This document shows, piece after piece, positions 18,985 through 26,227 of a stretch of DNA of 27,515 nt. The position numbers were made by a program, and so were the translations under genes. Position 1 is the first letter of the stretch; every line of letters starts with the position of its first letter. Source of the stretch: Promethearchaeota archaeon (lineage in GTDB: Archaea > Asgardarchaeota > Lokiarchaeia > Sigyniarchaeales > SOKP01); assembly GCA_029838195.1 (NCBI GenBank), contig JALGVJ010000044.1, positions 1-27,515 on the forward strand, written 5' to 3'. Below the pieces are notes generated by a model that was not told the origin of the DNA, did not search any database, and was given only the letters and a program-made list of their open reading frames with translations.

Positions 18985-19584
18985 TTATCTTGTTTTAATA
19001 ACTACGGTTTTTGAAGCATTTTGCATGTATCTATATCTCTTTCTATCTACGGGCTCGTTAGAATTTGCCAAAAGACCAATTATCAAATCTAATAGTAAGA
19101 ACCAGGACGGTTTTAAAAGATTATTAATTACATGGCGGCCCACATTGGGAGGTTGAAATGTAGTTTCATCAACCGTCCTTATTTGAAGAGCTGCTTTACC
19201 GAGTGTTTGCCCGTGATTTATAGTTTCTAAACCCCAAAAATAAAGAAATCCAATTCCCCAATCCAGGAAAAAGCGAGGCCACCAATACCAACCACTATAA
19301 TTAAATGGAAATGAGATTAACCATCCAATTATAGAAATTATGATCATATCGATGATAAAAGCAACAAGGAGCTCCCAAAAATCGGCATATCTCACAGTTG
19401 AGGTGGTTTTTGGTATCACGAGTTCCGGAGATGGTTGGTAAGGAGTATAGGAAGAAGGAAAATCCACGTGCTGGACGGGAGGGGCTTCTTGAGTTTGATT
19501 TATTGTGAGCTGGCTCCCACAATAATTGCAGAATTTAGCATCGGCATCTATTCGATTACCACATTTTGGACAAAATTTAGCCAT
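18985..19584 (-). CDS. Zinc-ribbon plus RDD-family membrane protein
   Basis: N-terminal CPKCG...CNYCG, a Pro-rich linker, and RDD motifs YADFW..VAFIID and GQTLGK. An SD-like GAGGT lies upstream. Confidence 0.88.
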   Translation of the reverse strand: MAKFCPKCGNRIDADAKFCNYCGSQLTINQTQEAPPVQHVDFPSSYTPYQPSPELVIPKTTSTVRYADFWELLVAFIIDMIIISIIGWLISFPFNYSGWYWWPRFFLDWGIGFLYFWGLETINHGQTLGKAALQIRTVDETTFQPPNVGRHVINNLLKPSWFLLLDLIIGLLANSNEPVDRKRYRYMQNASKTVVIKTR

Positions 19585-19816
19585 TTATATTACCTCTTTA
19601 TTTTGGTTTTTTAGTTATCAATATTTATTAATGGTACTAAATCAGAATTAGTTAATAAAAGATCCATAGTCCTATTTTCACATTATTACCCTCCAATCTA
19701 AAAAAAAAAGAAAATAGAGGAGAATTTAGAAAAAATAAATCTATAAATATAACTCTTACTCTAATCTAGATTAGATAAAATGTAAAAGCATCGATAAAAG
19801 GCTATAAGTTTCTGAG

Positions 19817-19974
19817 ATGAAAAAACAAGAAAAAGACATGATTTATCCTTCAATAATCCATTGGTCTTATGGCATTGGAGGGTTTCTTACTAATTTTACG
19901 AACACTGCTTAAGCAACTTGACCAAGGAAAAAGTTGAAAAAAACCACAAGATCTTGTTAGAATTAGGACTATGA
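19817..19974 (+). pseudogene. Internally deleted MFS (GPH/MelB-like) transporter remnant
   Basis: 19817-19912 reads MKKQEKDMIYPSIIHWSYGIGGFLTNFTNTA*, like an MFS first helix. 19915-19974 in another frame reads NLTKEKVEKNHKILLELGL*, like a GPH-transporter C-terminus. Confidence 0.6.
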
Positions 19975-20125
19975 AAGAAAAGGTGCGTCATCACCCAGAT
20001 CAGGGTTCATGAAGCCCGATCTTCATAAAAAAGCCATTTTCCTTTCTACTTTTTTCACGATTTTTAAATATTTTATTTGGATGGTATTGAAATGAAAACT
20101 ATATTTAATTAATTTAATCAAGATC

Positions 20126-20142
20126 AATAAAAATTTAAATTA
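20126..20142 (+). promoter_or_regulatory. Putative BRE/TATA promoter for the leader-cimA transcript
   Basis: An A-rich AATAAAAA is followed by TTTAAATT (20134-20141), ending 23 nt before the ATG at 20165. This predicts a start site at or near that ATG (leaderless mRNA). Confidence 0.5.
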
Positions 20143-20164
20143 TGAAATGCATTAATCATTATAA

Positions 20165-20239
20165 ATGAATGAAAATATAATAATTCCTAGAATCATTAGC
20201 ATCATTATTTGTATTATAGGGATTATTAAAATTCATTAA
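20165..20239 (+). CDS. Isoleucine-rich leader peptide (MNENIIIPRIISIIICIIGIIKIH), putative attenuator uORF of cimA
   Basis: ATG at 20165 to TAA at 20237-20239. 13 of 24 codons are Ile (8 ATT, 3 ATA, 2 ATC), with no Leu, Val or Phe. It ends about 100 nt upstream of citramalate synthase. Confidence 0.8.
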   Translation: MNENIIIPRIISIIICIIGIIKIH

Positions 20240-20307
20240 GAGAATTTTAACCTCTTTTTCCCTTTCTCATGAGATTCTCATGCCTTTTTGGGTTAAAATT
20301 TTCTTTT
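20218..20307 (+). promoter_or_regulatory. Attenuator-like RNA with alternative stems
   Basis: 20226-20234 can pair with 20242-20250 (9 bp). Alternatively 20238-20252 can pair with 20291-20305 (15 bp, one G-U). There is an inner hairpin at 20268-20282 and pyrimidine/U tracts at 20253-20267, 20283-20289 and 20299-20307. Confidence 0.65.
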
Positions 20308-20340
20308 ACAAAATAAATAACATTATATCAAAATATAAGG

Positions 20341-21951
20341 TTGAAAAGCATGATGGATGAAAACGTGTTGATATATGATTCCACCCTTCGAGAAGGATGC
20401 CAAAAATCGGGTATAACGTTTTCAGTGGATGATAAATTAAGAATTTTGGAGAGATTAATTGAAGACCTTCAGATTCCCATGATCGAATTGGGGTGGCCAG
20501 GATCGAATCCTAAGGATCTTAGCCTTTATAAAAAGATTGACAACATGAACCTTGGAAAATCGAAGATTTTTGCTTTTGGAAGCACGAGAAGAAAAAATAT
20601 TGACGTAAAAGAAGATAAGTACATCCAAGCATTAGTTGCCTTAGGAATTAAACACGCAACGATTTTTGGAAAAAGTTGGGATTTACATGTCACGGACGCC
20701 TTGGAAACTACATTAGAAGAAAATCTCAACATGATTGAAGATACCATTCTATACTTAACTAAAAATGGCGTTGAGGTCATCTATGACGCAGAACATTTTT
20801 TTGATGGCTTCAAGCATAATAAAAAATATGCATTAGAAACCATTTCTTGCGCAATAAATGCTGGTGCCTCTTGGATTGTATTATGTGATACGAACGGTGG
20901 CTTACTCCCTCATGAGATACCCCCCATTTTCAAGGAAGTACGAGAACACCTGGGAAAAGTCCCATTAGGTATTCATGCTCATAATGATTCTGGCATGGCA
21001 AATGCAATTGCAATAGAAGCATTTTTAAATGGTGCTCGAATGATTCAAGGTACCATGAATGGTTTTGGAGAACGATGCGGAAATACAGACTTAACAACCA
21101 TTCTTCCTATCCTTAAATTGAAGATGGGAGTAAATTGCATATCAGAGGATTCCCTTAGGAATCTAACAAAGGTTTCTGGATTCATTTATGAACAAGCGAA
21201 TTTACCACACGTCGATGATCAACCTTTTGTGGGAAAGAATGCTTTTGCTCACAAGGGTGGGGTGCATGTTTCCGCCATATTAAAAAATGTGAAGACATAT
21301 GAACACATAGATCCTGAACTTGTTGGAAATAGACGCAACATGAAAATCTCCGAATTGTCAGGAAAAGCCTCCATTTTAAATTATGCGAAAAAATTTGGAA
21401 TTCCTTTAACGGAGGATAATCCGAAAATTCCTGCCATTCTTGAAGTAATTAAAGAAAAAGAACGCTTAGGTTATTCCTATGAAGGAGCAGAAGGCTCTCT
21501 AGAGATCATCATGCGAAGCATGGATATGAACATCCAAGATCCCGATTATTACCGTAAAAAATTTTTTGAACTGGAAGGTTTTAGAGTATTCACGGAAATG
21601 TACAAGGATAACTTGTTATCGGAGGCAACCATAAAAGTGAAAGTGAGTGGGGAAGAACACCATACAGTAGCGGAGGGAAATGGCCCAGTTCATGCATTAG
21701 ATAATGCCCTTAAAAAGGCTCTGCTTCATTTTTATCCCAGTTTAAATGAAATTAGTTTAACAGATTTTAAGGTACGAATTACGAATCAAGCGGGGACTGC
21801 TTCCGTTGTGAAGGTATTAGTTGAGACGGAAGATAAAGAGGCGAAATGGGGCACTGTAGGAACGCATGAGAATATAATTGTTGCTTCCTGGTATGGATTA
21901 GTAGATTCCTATATTTATAAGTTATTGAAAGATAAAATTCGATCAACGTAA
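20341..21951 (+). CDS. cimA: Citramalate synthase (bacterial-type CimA of the LeuA/DRE-TIM family); start probably the ATG at 20350 or 20353
   Basis: DSTLREGCQ, GWPGSNPKD, FGSTRR, GKSWDLHV, YDAEHFFDG, LCDTNGG, HAHND, GFGERCGN, AFAHKGGVH and SELSGK, plus a LeuA-type allosteric C-terminal domain (EGNGPVHALD). The GKSW/DAEHFFDG/AHKGG set marks the CimA clade rather than 2-isopropylmalate synthase. Confidence 0.88.
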   Translation: MKSMMDENVLIYDSTLREGCQKSGITFSVDDKLRILERLIEDLQIPMIELGWPGSNPKDLSLYKKIDNMNLGKSKIFAFGSTRRKNIDVKEDKYIQALVALGIKHATIFGKSWDLHVTDALETTLEENLNMIEDTILYLTKNGVEVIYDAEHFFDGFKHNKKYALETISCAINAGASWIVLCDTNGGLLPHEIPPIFKEVREHLGKVPLGIHAHNDSGMANAIAIEAFLNGARMIQGTMNGFGERCGNTDLTTILPILKLKMGVNCISEDSLRNLTKVSGFIYEQANLPHVDDQPFVGKNAFAHKGGVHVSAILKNVKTYEHIDPELVGNRRNMKISELSGKASILNYAKKFGIPLTEDNPKIPAILEVIKEKERLGYSYEGAEGSLEIIMRSMDMNIQDPDYYRKKFFELEGFRVFTEMYKDNLLSEATIKVKVSGEEHHTVAEGNGPVHALDNALKKALLHFYPSLNEISLTDFKVRITNQAGTASVVKVLVETEDKEAKWGTVGTHENIIVASWYGLVDSYIYKLLKDKIRST

Positions 21952-22032
21952 AGGAGATTCAAGATTTCATTTTTTTAAATTGCGAAACTTTCTTTTTTAA
22001 TTTCGTATTAGTAGATCATGGTTTTTTATTTT

Positions 22033-22515
22033 TTAAGAGATTGTATCTAAATCTCTTAATTCAATAGGAGAACCTCCAAATATCGTATAAATCAAGTACT
22101 TTGCCGATTCATTTTCAAAATCTGCTCCCCGCTTGTAAACCATAAAGTCCATACTGTCACCATGGCCTAATCGAACAATATAGCCTTGTTTTCTTAAATC
22201 TGAATATATATATTTATACCACAATCTATCATCAAATTGGGTAAAGTAGGACAACAAGCTCTCGAAGTCGTGTTGTTTTTTATTTTTATCATTATTTTCC
22301 AATAAAAGGATTCTTTTTCTCTCGCATAAGAGCAAGACCTTAATTGGTTCCAATATTAATACTTATTTACTTTTATCTCTTTGTTCAAGAGTTCCAATAT
22401 AAAAATTTTTATAAAACTCGTCAATTCCCTTCTTATCGTAAATTATAACTTTATCTTTTTCAATTATTCCTTTAATTTGAGTTTTTTCAAGTTTTACTTC
22501 CGAATTCCCACTCAT
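22033..22515 (-). pseudogene. endA: tRNA-splicing endonuclease (EndA-like) pseudogene
   Basis: The ATG at 22515 (MSGNSEVK...EFYKNFYIGTL) is in frame with the 22353 ORF but interrupted by TAA at 22365-22363. It has EndA-like LEPIKVLLL, YIYSDLRKQGYIVRLG, DFMVYKRG and AKYLI, and stops early after ELRDLDTIS. Confidence 0.75.
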
Positions 22516-22784
22516 TTTCTTATATATTAATATACTTTCTAACTAATGAATTTAGTACTAATCTTTCCTTTTAATTCTTGCTTGATATTTATTGCGAACT
22601 ATAGTCTTTAAAGCTGGAATGTATATACCTTAATTCATGACGCTTTAAATTTCAATTAAAAAAAGAAAAATATAAATAATCAATATTATGAATTAATTTT
22701 ATAACAAATTTTAAACTCTGAAGAAATAAATAAAAAATGTACCATTGAAATCCTCAAACAAAAAATACACGGGGTCATGAATGG

Positions 22785-23678
22785 ATGAATGAAAGTTCAT
22801 CATATTTATTAGGAGTGTTTTTAGCAATAATTTCAGGTAGTATAAATAACATTGGTCTTGTATTTCAGAAAAAAGTGGTAAATGAAGTATCAGAAGATGA
22901 AAAATTTTTTAGGAGTTTGATGAAAAAACCACTTTGGGTCATGGGATTATTGATGGAACTAATATTTGGGTCGACTTTTTTAATGATCGCTCAAATTTAT
23001 ATCGGTCCTGCACTCATTCCAGGGCTCATGGCCTTTGGTCTAGTCTTTTTAGCAATTGGCTCTGCGAGAATCGTGAGAGAGTCTCTAAAAAAAGAGGAAA
23101 TAACGGGAATTCTATTGATGATAATAGCAATATTTTTTTTAGGGTTTTCAGAATTAAGAATAGATATAGGTAAAATTAACATGCTTCAACCAGCACTAAT
23201 AATTAATATAACACTCTTTACTCTTAGCTTGTATTTAGGCACTGTAACATGCGAATTTCTTCAGAAAAAAAGTAAGAAATTTAAAGGGATTTTATTATCA
23301 TTATCCTCTGGTTTTCAATTTTCTCTTACAAATTTTTGGATAGCCCCTCTAATGGCTTTCTTTACAGCAATCTTTAACGGTACTGCGAGTCTTGGAGGGT
23401 TAATCTTTTTCATTTTTACTTCAGCAATATTAATTATTTCAAGTATTATTGGTATAGCAAAAATACAACAAGCGTTTCAAGTAGCAAATGCCAGTAGAAT
23501 GATCCCCATTCAACAAGTTCCCATTCAAATTACACCTATTTTGGTATATTTTTTAGTATTTTCCCTAATAGCACCCAACATTTTTTCAATTCTTTTCATG
23601 TTAATTGGCATTTTTTTCATTATCATTAGTTCTTTTTTACTTGCTAAACGTCAAGCTCAATTAGAGACAATAAAATAA
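22785..23678 (+). CDS. DMT-superfamily transporter (NIPA/EamA-like)
   Basis: About 9 hydrophobic segments. The GLVFQKK...KKPLWVMGLL...GPALIPGL pattern resembles NIPA-type DMT proteins. Confidence 0.75.
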   Translation: MNESSSYLLGVFLAIISGSINNIGLVFQKKVVNEVSEDEKFFRSLMKKPLWVMGLLMELIFGSTFLMIAQIYIGPALIPGLMAFGLVFLAIGSARIVRESLKKEEITGILLMIIAIFFLGFSELRIDIGKINMLQPALIINITLFTLSLYLGTVTCEFLQKKSKKFKGILLSLSSGFQFSLTNFWIAPLMAFFTAIFNGTASLGGLIFFIFTSAILIISSIIGIAKIQQAFQVANASRMIPIQQVPIQITPILVYFLVFSLIAPNIFSILFMLIGIFFIIISSFLLAKRQAQLETIK

Positions 23679-23691
23679 AGGAATATTATAA

Positions 23692-24492
23692 ATGCTTAAA
23701 ATTATTTTTTTCCAACCCCATCCAGATGATTTAGAATTCAATTGTGCTCATTTAATGCATTATTTAGCAACAAAAAGTAAAAAGAAATACGAGATAAAGG
23801 TGGCATCTATTACATTGGGAGAATATGGACTTCCTGGAGCGCAATATGATAAATTTAAGGGGAATTTTCTTGCTAAAATCCGAGCCCAAGAATTGCAAAA
23901 TGCTCTTAGCATTCATGGCATCTCGCCTAAAAATATTCACTATTTTGGATATAGAGATGGTTTTGTTCCTTTTAATCGAGAAATTATTTTCAAGTTCGCG
24001 GAATATTTGAAAAAAGAAAAACCAGAGATAATATTTGGCCCAGAGCCCATCTATACATCCTATTATCATATGGATCATGTAAATACCGGAAGAGCTCTAT
24101 ATTATTGCTTGTACCATAATTTAATTAATTGTAAGCCTCTCCTTTATTTTTATTCAACATTAAGTCCTAATTTTTATTTTGGGTTTAAAAAAAAAGATTT
24201 TTTATTAATAGATCAATTATTTGCCTGTCATAAAACTCAATTCTGGTTAATTAATAAATTAAAATGGATATATCGACTAAAAACAATTATAGCAGTCCTA
24301 AAATTACGGGGATGGAAGCATGCGGAAAGTTACAGAAGGGTTTTTTTTAATTATAAAAATTTTGAAAAAAATAAACCGGGATTTAGAGTAAAAATTTTAA
24401 GTCATTGGTATTCCAGCATGCCTTGGTTTCAAGTAAAATATCCTAAATCTATAATAATAGAACTTAAAACAAAAAAGAAACATCACCTATAG
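23692..24492 (+). CDS. PIG-L/LmbE family de-N-acetylase
   Basis: Motifs PHPDDLE, TLGEYG, RAQE, YRDG and HMDH. Confidence 0.9.
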   Translation: MLKIIFFQPHPDDLEFNCAHLMHYLATKSKKKYEIKVASITLGEYGLPGAQYDKFKGNFLAKIRAQELQNALSIHGISPKNIHYFGYRDGFVPFNREIIFKFAEYLKKEKPEIIFGPEPIYTSYYHMDHVNTGRALYYCLYHNLINCKPLLYFYSTLSPNFYFGFKKKDFLLIDQLFACHKTQFWLINKLKWIYRLKTIIAVLKLRGWKHAESYRRVFFNYKNFEKNKPGFRVKILSHWYSSMPWFQVKYPKSIIIELKTKKKHHL

Positions 24493-24661
24493 AAAATTTT
24501 AAAGAAAAAAGATAATGGATTATTCTACTTTATTTATATTTGGAAAAATTACTACTGAAAATGTACTTATAAAGTTAAAAATGAAAGTTTTATTAATCTT
24601 ATTTAAAAATTATTAATTAAAATAAAATCAATATAATAAAAAATTACTCATGCTATAAAAA

Positions 24662-25012
24662 GTGAAGGAAATGGCAACTCCAGAAGAATTAAAAAATCAG
24701 TTAACTAAATGGGTTAAAAAATTTGAAAATCCAGAATTAGCTGCAGAATTTAAAGGTTTTAATAAGACCATGCAATTCACGTTTCCTGATATTGATTATA
24801 AAATAAAAATGATTATAAAAAACAAATCAGCCCGCTTAGAGGAAGGTTTTGATGATAATGCGGCAATGGGGTTAGAAGTAAATTCAGATCTTTTTTTAGG
24901 AATTTTAACGGACGAAATAGACCCCATGGAGGCGTTTATGGAAGGTGAATTAAAGGTAAAGGGCGATATGAATGCCCTTCAGAAACTTGAATTTCTCATG
25001 GATAATGATTAA
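24662..25012 (+). CDS. SCP2 sterol/lipid-binding domain protein (start perhaps the ATG at 24671)
   Basis: The SCP2 C-terminal signature DPMEAFMEGELKVKGDMNAL. Confidence 0.9.
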   Translation: MKEMATPEELKNQLTKWVKKFENPELAAEFKGFNKTMQFTFPDIDYKIKMIIKNKSARLEEGFDDNAAMGLEVNSDLFLGILTDEIDPMEAFMEGELKVKGDMNALQKLEFLMDND

Positions 25013-25033
25013 TATTAATAATTTTAGTAAAAA

Positions 25034-26158
25034 ATGAATCCTATTGGCTTTAATAAGGAAAAAGCTTCAAATATTTTAAAAGCACATGATATAGATATAT
25101 TGATTGCCGCTACTCCGGTTAATGTGTTCTATTTAACAGGTTTACCTACGCTACATGTGGCCTCTAATCCAATTTTATATGTATTATACAATCAATTTCC
25201 AAGTTTAGCCTTGCTTAGAAATGACGGAGAAGAAAGTTTAATTACTTGGATTAATTATAGAAGTGTCGATAAATTTTCATGGGTGCAAGATGTTAATGGT
25301 ATTGGCTCGCCCAAGGCAGCAATGACTGCGCTTTCCGATAAAATTAAAGAATGGAATGGAGCGGGTAAAAACATCGGATATGAATCCCTCATGCCTTCTT
25401 ATCAATCAGAATTCATGAGAAAGGAATTTCCAAATGCCACCTTTATTAACGCAGATCAAGCTTTTTTAGAGATGCGTTTAATTAAAACTGAAAAAGAAGT
25501 ACAACGCATAAAAAAATCAACAGAAATTTCTGAAAAAGCAATTCAAGCGATGATTGAGGAAACTCATGAAGGAATTACGGATAAAGAGCTACTACAGATT
25601 GCTCGCTTAACCATTATTAAAGAAGGAGCGGAAGGGTGGGATCATTTAACCATAGGGATTGGCTCTTCGGATCCTGAGGCTCCAGGGACAGGTGTGGAAA
25701 TGAAACAAGGAGATATCGGAAGATTCGATATTGGAACAATATGGCAAGGATATGTTTCAGATGTGAGTAGAGAAGTTGTAATCAAACCAATTCCTGAAGG
25801 CGCTGAAGAGGTCATGAATAACATGATTAAAGTTCAGGAATACTGCGTGAATAACATCGAACCCGGAGTGAACATGAAAGAATTATATAATAATGCTAAT
25901 CGTTTTTATAAAACCTTAGTTAAACGGGGAAGATGTTTTATTACAGGACATAGCATAGGATTAGAATGTGAAGAAACTCATTTATTCAGTCCATTAAAAC
26001 AACTTGATAGAATGTTTGAAGAAAATATGGTTCTTGATATTGAAGTTTGGCAAAATTTTAAGAAACAAGGATTAATTGGAATTGAAGATTGTTATAGAAT
26101 TACATCATCGGGTTGTGAACGACTTTCAAGTCTTGATAAGAAAATGGTCGTTAAATAG
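25034..26158 (+). CDS. M24-family (Xaa-Pro peptidase/creatinase-like) hydrolase
   Basis: N-domain NVFYLTG, then MRLIKTEKE and metal ligands RFDIG, YVSDVSR, GHSIGL, IEV and IEDC. Confidence 0.88.
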   Translation: MNPIGFNKEKASNILKAHDIDILIAATPVNVFYLTGLPTLHVASNPILYVLYNQFPSLALLRNDGEESLITWINYRSVDKFSWVQDVNGIGSPKAAMTALSDKIKEWNGAGKNIGYESLMPSYQSEFMRKEFPNATFINADQAFLEMRLIKTEKEVQRIKKSTEISEKAIQAMIEETHEGITDKELLQIARLTIIKEGAEGWDHLTIGIGSSDPEAPGTGVEMKQGDIGRFDIGTIWQGYVSDVSREVVIKPIPEGAEEVMNNMIKVQEYCVNNIEPGVNMKELYNNANRFYKTLVKRGRCFITGHSIGLECEETHLFSPLKQLDRMFEENMVLDIEVWQNFKKQGLIGIEDCYRITSSGCERLSSLDKKMVVK

Positions 26159-26227
26159 GAAAAATTAACAATAAAATTATTCTAATGGGCTTAAATTAAA
26201 TTAAATTTCATGAAATGAGGGAGCAGA

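Noticed and set aside
19971-20030. Possible SECIS element or selenoprotein read-through
   Set aside because: There is no proper AUGA/GA core with a second helix, and I found no gene with a plausible in-frame TGA. The endA interruption is TAA.
1104-25824. Other short overlapping ORFs in the track (e.g. 1104, 1147, 4897, 5442, 5960, 5982, 6180, 8440, 12427, 13006, 18733, 19301, 20526, 22934, 22997, 23764, 23825, 25642)
   Set aside because: They overlap well-supported genes in other frames or on the other strand and show no coding signal.
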